From the NCBI GenBank assembly GCA_046262595.1, contig JBHEMM010000001.1, positions 97,166 to 137,926 of the forward strand: a DNA stretch of 40,761 bases, read 5' to 3'. Within the stretch, counting starts at the first letter, position 1. Every line of letters begins with the position of its first letter. This document shows, in pieces, positions 15,732 through 25,725 of the stretch. The notes beneath the pieces are model-generated. The model saw nothing but the letters and a program-made list of their open reading frames with translations. It was not told where the DNA came from and searched no databases. The stretch comes from Vulcanimicrobiaceae bacterium (lineage in GTDB: Bacteria > Vulcanimicrobiota > Vulcanimicrobiia > Vulcanimicrobiales > Vulcanimicrobiaceae). A program made the position numbers and the translations under genes.

Positions 15732-17455
15732 GCGAGCTGCATTTTTCGCCGCGCCCGAACCGCGCGCACGAGATTCATTGGCAGCCTTGGGATGCCGGAA
15801 CGTTTGCGCGCGCAAAGGCCGAAGACAAGCCGATCCTGCTGGCGATCTCCGCAGTGTGGTGTCACTGGTGTCACGTCATGGATGAAACGAGTTACTCGGA
15901 CGAGAGCGTGATTGCCAAAATCAACGACGCATACGTTCCGGTCCGCGTGGACAACGATCTGCGCCCGGACATCAACGCGCGCTACAACCAGGGCGGCTGG
16001 CCGACGACGGCGTTTCTGACGCCCGGCGGTTCCCTTTTGGCGGGAGCGACGTACTTGCCGCCAGCGCAAATGAGCGCCGCGCTCGATGAGATCGGCACGT
16101 TCTATCGCACGAACCGCGCGCAGATCGAAGAGCGCTCGCTGCAGTTGCGCTCGCAAAAGGCAGCCGCGCAAGCCGCACCGGCGCACGAGCTTCCCGAAGA
16201 AGCCCACGCGCAAATCGTCGCCGCGATCGAAGCGCAGTTCGACCAAGAATACGGCGGCTTCGGTTCCGAGCCGAAGTTTCCGATGACCGACGTCCTGGAG
16301 CTGCTGCTGCTCGAATACCGTGCGACGCGTAGTCAGCGCCCGTACGAAATGCTGGCCCGCACGTTGTTGGCAATGAGCGGCGGCGGGATGTACGACCACC
16401 TCGAGGGCGGCTTCTTCCGTTATTCGACCACGCGCGACTGGAGCGTCCCGCACTTTGAGAAGATGACGGAGGACCACGGCCCGCTGCTGCGCATCTTGGC
16501 TTCGCTCGTTCGGGAAACGCGCAACACGCGCTTCCGTGAAACGCTGCTTTCCGCCGCCGGATACGTGCGCGACGTGCTGCGCGATCAGGCGACGCATCTT
16601 TTCGCCGGCAGCCAGGACGCCGACGAAACCTACTATGCGCTGCCGCTCGAAGAGCGCCGGAAAATCGCTGCGCCGTACATCGACCGCCGTTCCTACAGCA
16701 ACTGGAGCGCCGCGATGGGCGCGGCATTCGTCGCGGCGGGCTCGGTGCTGGAAGACGATCATTTCGTAAACATGGGTCTGAGTGCGCTCGATGCGCTGCA
16801 TGCCTTGCGCGACGCAAACGGGTTGCTTTATCACGTGCTGGAGCCCGCACAGGCGCCGCGTATCCGCGGACTGCTCACCGATCAAGCCGCATATCTGCGC
16901 GCGCTGCTCGACGCGCACGAACTTACGGGCGAGCCACGCCTTTTCGATCGCGCGGTCGATCTTGCCGGCGCGATCGAGCGGCACTTCGCCGCGCCCGGCG
17001 GCGGGTTCTTCGATCATGCAGCGATCGAGCAAACACTTGGAGCCCTCGACGTGCGCGATCGGCCGCTGCCCGACAATGCCTCGCTGGCCGACAGTTTCTT
17101 GCGCCTGAGCGCGATGGGACGGGACGAACACTTCGCCGCGACGGCGCGCGCTGCGTTGCAAGTGCATTCGCAAACGTCTGCCCGCATGGGTCTTTTTGCG
17201 GCGCCGTACGCGCGCGTGCTGCGGCGCGCGCAATCGCCGTGCGCAACGCTCACGCTTACCGGCAGCGCGGAGCAGATGGCGGATCTGCGTGAAGCGGCGC
17301 TGCGTTTACCGGATCCGCTGCTGACGATCCGCACGCGCGAGCCGCAAGACGGTGAAGCGGGAGGGGCCGGTTATCTTTGCCTGGATGCGGCGTGCGCGGC
17401 GCCGGCACGCGATGCGCGCGAGCTGCGCGACGCGTACGAGTCGCTCAGGCGCTAG
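15728..17455 (+). CDS. YyaL/SPATA20-like thioredoxin-domain (DUF255) protein
   Basis: WCHWCHVMD, RPDINARY.QGGWPTT.FLTP, GGFG.EPKFP, GGFFRYS, VPHFEKM. Confidence 0.92.
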   Translation: MSELHFSPRPNRAHEIHWQPWDAGTFARAKAEDKPILLAISAVWCHWCHVMDETSYSDESVIAKINDAYVPVRVDNDLRPDINARYNQGGWPTTAFLTPGGSLLAGATYLPPAQMSAALDEIGTFYRTNRAQIEERSLQLRSQKAAAQAAPAHELPEEAHAQIVAAIEAQFDQEYGGFGSEPKFPMTDVLELLLLEYRATRSQRPYEMLARTLLAMSGGGMYDHLEGGFFRYSTTRDWSVPHFEKMTEDHGPLLRILASLVRETRNTRFRETLLSAAGYVRDVLRDQATHLFAGSQDADETYYALPLEERRKIAAPYIDRRSYSNWSAAMGAAFVAAGSVLEDDHFVNMGLSALDALHALRDANGLLYHVLEPAQAPRIRGLLTDQAAYLRALLDAHELTGEPRLFDRAVDLAGAIERHFAAPGGGFFDHAAIEQTLGALDVRDRPLPDNASLADSFLRLSAMGRDEHFAATARAALQVHSQTSARMGLFAAPYARVLRRAQSPCATLTLTGSAEQMADLREAALRLPDPLLTIRTREPQDGEAGGAGYLCLDAACAAPARDARELRDAYESLRR

Positions 17456-18684
17456 TTCTGCGGGCGCACGAACGCGTTCCAAAACCAAACGCCGTAGAGA
17501 TTCGCCGCGCATGAATACAAAATGAGCAGGCGCATCCAAACGGCGAATCCCCGGCGCGCCGCAAAAATCATGAGCACGAACAGGAACGGCATGAAGTCGA
17601 GAGAATGGCGCATGCCGTATTGCGCGAAACCGTTGACGTAGTACAAAAAGTTCGGTATCGCCGTGAGCGCCGCGGCGACCCACATTGCCGTCACTTCGAC
17701 CCGCGGCTGCCGCGCCCAAAACGCAACGATCAGCGCGGGCGACGTCCAGGTCAGTGCGACTCCGGCGATGGAGGGAAGAACGTAAGGATACTGCGAGCTG
17801 AACTGCGGCGCTTGCACGAAGAACGATTGCAGCTCGTACGGTAGATAAGAAAGGCGGAACGGCGAACCTGCCGGCATTCCAGCCTGATCCTGGTGATACC
17901 AGGCCGTATATCCGATGTCGAGCGGCACGCCCCAGCGCGCGAAGTTGTACCACGTCCACAAGGCGCCCGCGGCACCCAGGACTCCGGCGCCGGCGGTCCA
18001 CGCGCACGCGCGCCGTTCGCCCCAATACCACAACAGTGCCGCATAAACCGGAACGGCCGCGATCATGGTAAAGCGAGACTCGGCGGCGCAGACCGCGTAC
18101 AACGCGACGAGCCAAATCCGGCGCTTACCGAACAGTTCGCACAGGCCCAGCATTGTGAAGCAGACCGCACTAACGTGCGCGAGAAACCACACATCGCCGA
18201 GCATCGCGCACCAAAGCAAGCTGGTTCCGGCGAAAAGCATGACGGTGAACCAAATCGACACGGTGCGCGAGAGTTCGAGCCGCCGGCAAAGCACGTACGC
18301 CGCACCGGCCGCAACGCCGGCTAACGCTTGCGCGAGCAGCGTTTGATTCGGCGCCGCGGTAAACGCGGCGAACGGCGCGAGCAGCAGCGCGGGCAGTGGA
18401 CCTTCGATGACGTAATGCTGGCCGTTGTACGCAAGCGCGTCGATGTACGGGCCCGGCCACGCGATCCACGCGTGCCCCGCGAGCAGCGCGTGCGCGAGTA
18501 AAACGTCGTTGTTGTAGGGAGTGGAGCGGAAGTGCCCCGCTACCAGCGCGGCGACGAACGCGAGTGCGCCGGCAAGCGCACCAGCCGGTAGATGTCCGGA
18601 CCATCGTTGATCTTCACCGCCCGGAACCCGCGCACTTCGCCAAAAAGGGTACCGACCACGTATACCGGCCGCTTGCGGCTCCAC
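17452..18684 (-). CDS. Multi-pass membrane protein, GT-C-like; start uncertain
   Basis: About 10 TM segments; YNFARWG.PLDIGY, QYGMRHSLDF. Protein-like sequence begins near 18590; nearest upstream in-frame GTG is 18684. Confidence 0.65.
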   Translation of the reverse strand: MEPQAAGIRGRYPFWRSARVPGGEDQRWSGHLPAGALAGALAFVAALVAGHFRSTPYNNDVLLAHALLAGHAWIAWPGPYIDALAYNGQHYVIEGPLPALLLAPFAAFTAAPNQTLLAQALAGVAAGAAYVLCRRLELSRTVSIWFTVMLFAGTSLLWCAMLGDVWFLAHVSAVCFTMLGLCELFGKRRIWLVALYAVCAAESRFTMIAAVPVYAALLWYWGERRACAWTAGAGVLGAAGALWTWYNFARWGVPLDIGYTAWYHQDQAGMPAGSPFRLSYLPYELQSFFVQAPQFSSQYPYVLPSIAGVALTWTSPALIVAFWARQPRVEVTAMWVAAALTAIPNFLYYVNGFAQYGMRHSLDFMPFLFVLMIFAARRGFAVWMRLLILYSCAANLYGVWFWNAFVRPQN

Positions 18685-20006
18685 GCCGGCACCCGCTTCG
18701 CGTCCTCGCTCAGCCACGCGCTCTCCACGATGCGATCGCCAAGGCGGCGTTCGACGTAAGCGCCGTACGCCAAAACCGTCGCATCGATCCAGGGAGAAAC
18801 GAGAATCGCATTGCGCGGCGTGTTCTTGACCACGGCGTCGATAACTTGCTGGGCGCCGCCGGAGTTGCGTTGATCGAAGTCGCCGCGGTTGAGCAGAATC
18901 ATAATCGCGGCAATCCCGAGAGCGATAAGCGGACGCGGCCACCCGGCGCCGGTTGCGCGCACGATCCACGAGGCGCCGGATCCGGCAAATACGGCGAGCA
19001 CCGCGAAGCCGATCAATTCATAGCGTTTCGGATCCGCTTCGATCGTATAGGCCAAAGCGAACGAGGTGGGAAGTGCGAAGGCGAGCAACAGCACGACGGC
19101 AACCGCATCGTCGCGCCGCCATACCACGACAAGGCCCGTCAACGTCAAGATGACGCCGATAGTGGTGAGTTCGTCGAGCAGCACGTCGGTGTAGCCCGGA
19201 ACGCCGCGGCGGTACGTTTCCATGTGCGCCATCCGTGCGAACGTCTTGCCGGCACCGTACTCCGATCCGTTGATTTCGCGCAGTAATCCGCCGCGCGATG
19301 CGGGATGGTCGTTATCCCAGAATGCGCGGCCGGGCGCCAGGCCGAGCGACCGCGTGGGATCGCTGCGTGCGGCGGTGATCGCCGCGCTGCGCAGCGGCAG
19401 ATACGCATAGAGCGCGAGGCCGGCGGCCAAGGCCAACAGTGCCGATGCGACCGCGCGCACGCGCAGCGCCCCAAACCGCTCCGAGAGCACGATCAATAAC
19501 GCCGGCGTGAGCAGCACCACGAGCGGATGCGTAGCAATGCCCAGACCGAATGCCAGCGCGCCCGCCGCGAGCCAGCGCGTGCGCGGTTCGCGCAGCCAGC
19601 GCAGCGAGCAGTACAGCGTTGCGACTGCGAAGAAAACGGCAAGCGCGTGCACCTCCGCGCGCGTGCCGCGCGTCCACGCTACCGGGCCGAACGCGAAAAG
19701 CCATGCCGCCATGCACGCCATCCACGGATCGCCGTCGAGTTCGACGACGATGCGCGATACGAGCCATGCGCTCGCGCTCATTGCCAGCGCCGAAAATAAC
19801 GCAATGCGCCACGCAACGCTCCCGAACGGTACGGCGTGCGCGAAGATTCCGGCGAACACGGTAAACGCCGGAAAACCCGTCGGATGCATGATGCCGAAGA
19901 TCCAGGGCACCGTCTGCGCTTCCCCGGTATCCCAATAAGACACCGCGCCTAACAGCGAGGCCGCATACACCGCAAGCGGCAGCAGCCACGCGCCCCACGC
20001 CGGTAT
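18540..20006 (-). CDS. DUF2723/TMEM260-like membrane glycosyltransferase, paralog 2 (possible ATA start 20006; GTG 19970)
   Basis: WDTGEAQ..GIMHPTGFP, TRAEVH, IATHP, YLPLRSA, WIDATVLAYGA; colinear with 3237..4847. Confidence 0.8.
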   Translation of the reverse strand: MPAWGAWLLPLAVYAASLLGAVSYWDTGEAQTVPWIFGIMHPTGFPAFTVFAGIFAHAVPFGSVAWRIALFSALAMSASAWLVSRIVVELDGDPWMACMAAWLFAFGPVAWTRGTRAEVHALAVFFAVATLYCSLRWLREPRTRWLAAGALAFGLGIATHPLVVLLTPALLIVLSERFGALRVRAVASALLALAAGLALYAYLPLRSAAITAARSDPTRSLGLAPGRAFWDNDHPASRGGLLREINGSEYGAGKTFARMAHMETYRRGVPGYTDVLLDELTTIGVILTLTGLVVVWRRDDAVAVVLLLAFALPTSFALAYTIEADPKRYELIGFAVLAVFAGSGASWIVRATGAGWPRPLIALGIAAIMILLNRGDFDQRNSGGAQQVIDAVVKNTPRNAILVSPWIDATVLAYGAYVERRLGDRIVESAWLSEDAKRVPAWSRKRPVYVVGTLFGEVRGFRAVKINDGPDIYRLVRLPAHSRSSPRW

Positions 20007-20683
20007 TAGAACGCGGGCAGCGTAGCGGGCGGCAGCGGTTTTCGCGCTTGAAATGTCGATTGAGGGAGCCTCGCCGGAAAGCGGTACCCGTTGAAAGCAA
20101 TCTGCTCGCGCGCCGGTTTGCCGTTGACCCGCGCGTCGACGCTCGCACCTGAAGGCACCCAGTATTTGCCGGCGTGCACGAATGTAATGGTTCCCGTCCC
20201 ACGGATCGCGCCCGAGTATGAATGGAAGCGCAGCAGCGCCGGCAGGTACGAGCGGCCGTTCAGCACCATGCTGTCGATGACGAACGTCCCGCCGGGCGTG
20301 TTCGGAACGGCGTGATACGCGTATTCAAACGTTGAACCCGACCGCTGCACGCCGTCGAAAAGAAACGTGTACTGCGTGAGCCGCGGAGCAAGGTCTTCGA
20401 GCGTGTACCGGTTGCGGTAACGCGAGATCCGGATCGTTTTTTGCTTGACGCCGTCCACAAGCATCGTTTCATCGCGCACTTCGTCGCCGCTGCGGTAGAT
20501 GCGGTGCGTTTGCTCGATGTCGTGCGGTCCGGCTTGCGAAACGGTATAGGTGAACACGAGGACGCGAGGCACCGGAGCTTCCAGCAGCGTTTTTGCATAG
20601 AGCGCGATGACTTCTTGCGAGTCCATCGGAGCCGCGGGAGCGGCCGCCGCGAGGAGTGCGATCGCCAGCATCGCCGCTTTCAC
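20006..20683 (-). CDS. Hypothetical exported beta-rich protein
   Basis: Signal peptide MKAAMLAIALLAAAAPA; GTGA overlap with alaS stop. Confidence 0.75.
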   Translation of the reverse strand: MKAAMLAIALLAAAAPAAPMDSQEVIALYAKTLLEAPVPRVLVFTYTVSQAGPHDIEQTHRIYRSGDEVRDETMLVDGVKQKTIRISRYRNRYTLEDLAPRLTQYTFLFDGVQRSGSTFEYAYHAVPNTPGGTFVIDSMVLNGRSYLPALLRFHSYSGAIRGTGTITFVHAGKYWVPSGASVDARVNGKPAREQIAFNGYRFPARLPQSTFQARKPLPPATLPAF

Positions 20684-23286
20684 GCGTTGAGCACCGCTTC
20701 GCGGATCGCGCGAACCGCATCCTGCGCGCCGTGCGGGTTCTTTCCGCCGCCTTGCGCCTGCGCGGGCGCTCCGCCGCCGCGGCCGCCGACCAGCGGCGCG
20801 GCGAGTTTCATCAGATTGCCGGCATGCACGCCTGCGCGCACCATGTCATCGCTCGCGCTCACGAGGATGCTCACCGTGCCGTCGTCCACTCCGGCAAGCG
20901 CGATGACGCCGCTGCGCAAACGTTGCCGGATGGCGCTGCTCAAATGCTTGAGCGCGTCGGCGCCGGCTTGCGGAACGACCGCGCCGACAAACGTTTTCTC
21001 TCCGGCACGTTCCGCGGCTTCGACGTAGGTTTGCGCATCCGCCGACGCGAGGCGCGCTTTGAGATCGCCGACGGCGTTCTGCAGCTCCTTCACGTCGCGC
21101 TGCAGCCGGCCGACGCGCTCGCCCAGCTCGTCCGGCGTCGTTGCGAGAGCCGCCGCAAGATCCCCCAGCAGTTGTTGCTGATGTATGCCATACGCTTCCG
21201 CGGCCTGCGAGACGCACGATTCGATACGGCGGATGCCCGACCCGATCGAAAATTCGCTCAGAATAACGAACGATCCCAGCTCGCCCGTGGAGTGCGCGTG
21301 CGTGCCGCCGCAAAACTCCACGGACGGCCCCGCTTTTACCACGCGCACGCGATCGCCGTATTTTTCACCCGACATCATAATCGCGCCGCTCACGCGCGCC
21401 TGCTCGAGATCCATGACTTGCGTCTCCAAGTGCGAGTCTTCGCGAATCATTTCGTTGACCCGGTGGGCGATCTCGCGCTTCTGTTCCGGCGTGAGCGCGC
21501 CGCCGCGGGAACGGAAATCGAAGCGCATGCGGTCGATGCCGACCCAGGAGCCGGCTTGCGCCACCTCGTCACCCAGAACGTCTTTGAGCGCGCGCTGCAG
21601 CAGATGAGCCGACGTATGATGCCGCCGGATCTCGCGGCGCCATTCGGCGTGGACACGCGTCTGTACCGTTTCGCCGAAACGCAAAACGCCGCGGACAAGG
21701 CTGCCGTGGTGGACCACCGCTTCGCCCTGCACCTGCGTGTCGGAGACCTCGAACTGCGCATCGTCGCTGCAGAGCACGCCTCGATCGCCGATTTGGCCGC
21801 CCTTTTCCGCGTAAAACGACGTGCGATCGAGCACGACCTGCGCGCGGTCGCCCGCTTGCAGCTCGTCCGTGAGGTCGTTATCGCGCAGGATCGCGACGAC
21901 GCGACCATGGCCCTCCAAGCCTTCGTAGCCTAAAAACTCGCTTTTCGTGGCGGGCAGCTCCGCGATCGAAACGATCGCGCGCTTCGAGGCGGCATCGGCG
22001 CGAGCCCTATCGCGCTGCTCGTTCATCGCACGTTCGAATCCGTCGTGGTCCACTCCGACGCCGCGTTCGGCCGCAATTTCGCGCGTCAGTTCCATCGGGA
22101 AACCATACGTGTCGTGCAGCGTAAAAACGTTCGCGCCCCCAAGCGTTCCGCCGGGCGGCAACTGCTCGAGCAATTCGTCGAGCATCGCCATGCCGCGTTC
22201 GAGCGTTCGATCGAAGGTCTGCTCCTCGCTGCGCAGCACGCTTTGAATGCGGTTCGCGTTTGCGCGCAGTTCGGGATAGCCCGATGCAAGCGAAGCGATG
22301 ACGGCAGGCACAAGCCGCGTGAGGAAGCCGCTCGGATAGCCCAGCAGACGCCCGTTGCGGATGGCGCGCCGGATCAAAAAGCGCAGCACGTAACCGCGAT
22401 CCGTGTTTGCGGGGTACACGCCATCGCTGATGAGAAACGTGACGGCGCGCGCATGATCGGCGATGATATTGCGCCGTTCGAGGCGACCTTTTTCCGTTAG
22501 CCCCGTTTCGCCGACCGCCGGCTGCGCATCGATCAGGTCGGTGAAAAGATCGGTTTCGTACATCGAAACGTTGCCGTTGACGACCGCGAGCATGCGATCC
22601 AAGCCGGCGCCTGTGTCGATCTGTTTTCGCGGCAGCTCTTCGAGCTTTCCGGCCGAGTCGCGATTGTACTGTTGAAAAACCACGTTCCAAATCTCGACCC
22701 AGCGGTTGCCCTTGTTGGGGCCGTCGTCATCCGCGTCCGACGCATTGGCTTCGCCGGTGTCGTAAAAAAGTTCCGTGCAGGGGCCGCACGGACCGGTGGG
22801 GCCCATCGTCCAGAAGTTGTCTTCATCGAAGCGCGTGATGCGTGCGGGCGGCAAGCCGATCTGCTCGCGCCAAATCTTTTCCGCCTCGTCGTCGTTCGTG
22901 TGAACCGTCACCGCTAACCGCTGCGGATCGATGCCGAGGCGCTGCGTCAGGAACTCCCACGCGTACGCGATCGCCTCGGGTTTGTAGTAGCCGCCGAAGC
23001 TGAAGTTGCCCAGCATCTCCAAAAAGGTGCCGTGCCGGCCGGTGCGCCCGACGTTCTCGATATCGCTCTTCGCGCCCGCAACGCGCAGGCAGCGCTGCAC
23101 CGTGACCGCGTTGAGCGCGGGCGGCGGCTCGTCGCCTAAGAACGCCGGAACGAACTGCTCCATGCCCGCGATCGTGAAGAGGGTGGTGGACATCGCATCC
23201 GGGATCAAACCGGCGGAAGGCACGTGCTTGTGCCCGCGGGACGTAAAAAACTCGACGAACGCCGAGCGCAGTTCCTGGCTATGCAT
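20680..23286 (-). CDS. alaS: Alanine--tRNA ligase
   Basis: LFTIAGMEQF, RHGTFLEMLGNFSFG, GPCGPCTE, HHTSAHLL, EFCGGTH, GGRGGG..AQAQGGG; ATG 23286. Confidence 0.97.
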   Translation of the reverse strand: MHSQELRSAFVEFFTSRGHKHVPSAGLIPDAMSTTLFTIAGMEQFVPAFLGDEPPPALNAVTVQRCLRVAGAKSDIENVGRTGRHGTFLEMLGNFSFGGYYKPEAIAYAWEFLTQRLGIDPQRLAVTVHTNDDEAEKIWREQIGLPPARITRFDEDNFWTMGPTGPCGPCTELFYDTGEANASDADDDGPNKGNRWVEIWNVVFQQYNRDSAGKLEELPRKQIDTGAGLDRMLAVVNGNVSMYETDLFTDLIDAQPAVGETGLTEKGRLERRNIIADHARAVTFLISDGVYPANTDRGYVLRFLIRRAIRNGRLLGYPSGFLTRLVPAVIASLASGYPELRANANRIQSVLRSEEQTFDRTLERGMAMLDELLEQLPPGGTLGGANVFTLHDTYGFPMELTREIAAERGVGVDHDGFERAMNEQRDRARADAASKRAIVSIAELPATKSEFLGYEGLEGHGRVVAILRDNDLTDELQAGDRAQVVLDRTSFYAEKGGQIGDRGVLCSDDAQFEVSDTQVQGEAVVHHGSLVRGVLRFGETVQTRVHAEWRREIRRHHTSAHLLQRALKDVLGDEVAQAGSWVGIDRMRFDFRSRGGALTPEQKREIAHRVNEMIREDSHLETQVMDLEQARVSGAIMMSGEKYGDRVRVVKAGPSVEFCGGTHAHSTGELGSFVILSEFSIGSGIRRIESCVSQAAEAYGIHQQQLLGDLAAALATTPDELGERVGRLQRDVKELQNAVGDLKARLASADAQTYVEAAERAGEKTFVGAVVPQAGADALKHLSSAIRQRLRSGVIALAGVDDGTVSILVSASDDMVRAGVHAGNLMKLAAPLVGGRGGGAPAQAQGGGKNPHGAQDAVRAIREAVLNA

Positions 23287-23344
23287 TTTCAAGAAGGCCG
23301 ATTCGCGCGCAACCCGTCCCGAGCCTCGCCCGGGAGCTTCCAAT

Positions 23345-24133
23345 CTACTCCTGCAGCACGTGACGAAGCTTCTCCAGCGCCTTCTGCTGCAGGCGGGAGA
23401 CGTGCATCTGCGAGACGTTTAGCCGCTTTGCGATCTCGGTTTGGGAGACGCTTTCGTAAAAGCGCAGATAAAGAATGACCCGTTCCCGTCCCGTCAGCAC
23501 TTCAAATGCGCGCTCGAGATTCGCCTTGTCTTCGAGCAGCGCCAAGCCGGCATCGTTTTGGCCGATGTAGTCTTGCAGCGTCTGCGACTTTTTGTCGCCC
23601 TCGCCGGAAAGCTCGGTATCGAGCGAGAGTAAATTATAGGCTTGCCCGAGCTCTTGGGCCTCAAGGATCTCTTCTTCGCTCGCGTTGAGCTGTTCGGCAA
23701 GCTCGGCGACCGTTGGGCTGCGCCCCAGCTTGACCGAAAGTTTCTCGATGGCGCGGTTCACCGCAAGGTTGAGCTCTTGAAGGCGGCGCGGCACTTTGAC
23801 CGCCCATCCTTTGTCGCGGAAATAGCGTTTGATTTCGCCGACGATCGTCGGCGTGGCGTAGGTCGTAAACTCGACGCCCCGCTCGAGATCGAAACGGTCG
23901 ATCGCTTTGAGCAGGCCCACCGTGCCCACTTGAATGAGATCGTCCAGCGCCTCACCGCGGTTCGCGAACTTCACGGCTAAATAGCGCACCAGATTTAAGT
24001 GCGCCACCACCAGTTCGCTTCTCAAGCGCTCGTAATCGGCATGCTCGGGTGTTTTTTTCGCTTGCGCAAATTGTGCAAACGCCTCCCGCGTCCTTTGCCG
24101 GTTCCAGCGCTCTTCTTCGGCGTGTTGCTGCAC
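23345..24133 (-). CDS. SigB/SigF/SigG-family RNA polymerase sigma factor
   Basis: DDLIQVGTVGLLKAIDRFD, FTTYATPTIVGEIKRYFRDKGWAVKVPRRLQEL, SQMHVSRL. Confidence 0.95.
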   Translation of the reverse strand: MQQHAEEERWNRQRTREAFAQFAQAKKTPEHADYERLRSELVVAHLNLVRYLAVKFANRGEALDDLIQVGTVGLLKAIDRFDLERGVEFTTYATPTIVGEIKRYFRDKGWAVKVPRRLQELNLAVNRAIEKLSVKLGRSPTVAELAEQLNASEEEILEAQELGQAYNLLSLDTELSGEGDKKSQTLQDYIGQNDAGLALLEDKANLERAFEVLTGRERVILYLRFYESVSQTEIAKRLNVSQMHVSRLQQKALEKLRHVLQE

Positions 24134-24135
24134 GT

Positions 24136-24567
24136 CTACGTCGTTACTTTTTTGGTCATCACGAGATTCGTACCGCGCTCGGGATGAACGTCATACTCCA
24201 CGGAATCCATCAGGGAACGGATGAGAAACACCCCCAGGCCGCCGACGCGGGGCTCGGTGACGCGCCGCGAAGCAATCGCTTCGGGCCGCGTTCCGTGGCC
24301 GTAATCGCGCACGCGCACGGTCAGGCCTTCGGGCTCGGTTTCGCAGGTTATTTCGATTTGATCGCTGCCGCTGGCGTGCTGAATGCAATTCGTACACGCT
24401 TCCGCGACGGCGAGCTTGACGTCTTCGATGTCTTCGATCGAGAAGTTCAAGCGGTTGGCGACGGCTGCAACGGCCAAACGGGCGACGGCGACCCATTCCG
24501 CCTTGCTTGGAATTCGCAGCTCAACGACCCCGAGCGAGCGGTTGGGATGCATTAGCGGCTGATTCAC
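24136..24567 (-). CDS. rsbW: Anti-sigma factor / Ser kinase RsbW
   Basis: IEDVKLAVAEACTNCIQHA, VRDYGHG, GGLGVFLIRSLMD. Confidence 0.9.
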   Translation of the reverse strand: MNQPLMHPNRSLGVVELRIPSKAEWVAVARLAVAAVANRLNFSIEDIEDVKLAVAEACTNCIQHASGSDQIEITCETEPEGLTVRVRDYGHGTRPEAIASRRVTEPRVGGLGVFLIRSLMDSVEYDVHPERGTNLVMTKKVTT

Positions 24568-24908
24568 ACCAGCGCTTTCATGGCGGCATCCTCATCGTCG
24601 TAGATGCCGAAAATTTTCACAAGCCCCGTGATATCGAAGATTTTCTTAATCTGCGGATTGGTGCAAACCAAATTCACCGTTCCGCCGTGTTCGCGCACGC
24701 GCTTGAGGCCGCCGATCAAAACCCCCAGGCCGGTCGAGTCGATATAACGGACCTTCTCCAAATTGATGACCAAATTATAATGACCCTTGTCGATGAGGTC
24801 GCCGATGGCATCCTTGACCTTCGGCGAGGTGTATACATCGATCTCTCCATTGAGATCGACGACGTACGTCTGCCCTTGCGCCTCTCGAACGTTCACTTTA
24901 ATGTCCAC
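24564..24908 (-). CDS. rsbV: Anti-anti-sigma factor (STAS) RsbV
   Basis: GEIDVYTSPK, YIDSTGLGVLIG (phospho-Ser), KIFDITGL. Confidence 0.92.
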   Translation of the reverse strand: MDIKVNVREAQGQTYVVDLNGEIDVYTSPKVKDAIGDLIDKGHYNLVINLEKVRYIDSTGLGVLIGGLKRVREHGGTVNLVCTNPQIKKIFDITGLVKIFGIYDDEDAAMKALV

Positions 24909-24916
24909 GCTTGCTC

Positions 24917-25276
24917 CTACAAATCCGTAATGGGTGACTGTGTTTGTGCTTGTCCTTGTGCCGATAGATCTTCGCGGAGTTTTTCTGCCGTTGCCTGTCC
25001 TTCGTCAACCGCGGCATTCACATTGCTGCGTGCGGCTTCCACGACTGTTTTTCCGCGCGCATAAAGGTCCGCTGCGTTCGCGCGAAGGTCTCCCGTAGCG
25101 TCCATCGCCGCATTGGCCGCCTCGCGCGCCTTACCCGCAATTGCATCGCGGGCTTCTTCTTGGGTAATTAGGTAGGCAATGACGGCGCCCGCGACCGCGC
25201 CTGCAAGAAAGCCGGCCATAAAGCCGCCGCCGCCTCCGCCCGGGCGCTCCGGGCCGTCCGCGCGATCGTCTTCCAT
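24917..25276 (-). CDS. YtxH-domain protein
   Basis: GFMAGFLAGAVAGAVIAYL followed by a coiled-coil region. Confidence 0.75.
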   Translation of the reverse strand: MEDDRADGPERPGGGGGGFMAGFLAGAVAGAVIAYLITQEEARDAIAGKAREAANAAMDATGDLRANAADLYARGKTVVEAARSNVNAAVDEGQATAEKLREDLSAQGQAQTQSPITDL

Positions 25277-25683
25277 CAGTTCTCCTCGCTTGATGCGGCG
25301 CCGCGCACCAATCTGCGCACCCCTGCTGTGATACCGCCGAGCACCGCGCCGGCGTTGACGATCGCCGGTGAAACCGCATCCTGCGTCAGCTTCACCGTTT
25401 GCGCCAGCGAACCGCTGACTTTTTCGAGCGAACCGACCACACCGGTAAGCCGCGCGATCACCTGATCGGCGGTGTCGGCGATGCCGCCGACATGCGCTAA
25501 GGTCTCGCCCACCGGTTTGCCGAGCGCCGCCAGTTGCTCGTCGATGCCGTCAAGCGTCCGGTCCAAACGGCGCAGCGACTTCGCTAACGCCGTCATAGCC
25601 AAAAAGATGCCCAAGCCGGCAAGAAACACGCCAATGCCGAGTGCCACATCGCGAAAGGCAGACCAATCAAAGCCTGTTACCAA
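25276..25683 (-). CDS. DUF948 (YoxC/YtxG-like) membrane protein
   Basis: N-terminal TM then heptad helix; GGAGG SD; paired with YtxH. Confidence 0.7.
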   Translation of the reverse strand: MVTGFDWSAFRDVALGIGVFLAGLGIFLAMTALAKSLRRLDRTLDGIDEQLAALGKPVGETLAHVGGIADTADQVIARLTGVVGSLEKVSGSLAQTVKLTQDAVSPAIVNAGAVLGGITAGVRRLVRGAASSEEN

Positions 25684-25725
25684 TTTAGCCTCCGTTCGGG
25701 ACTATGCCCCGGACGTGAACCAACT

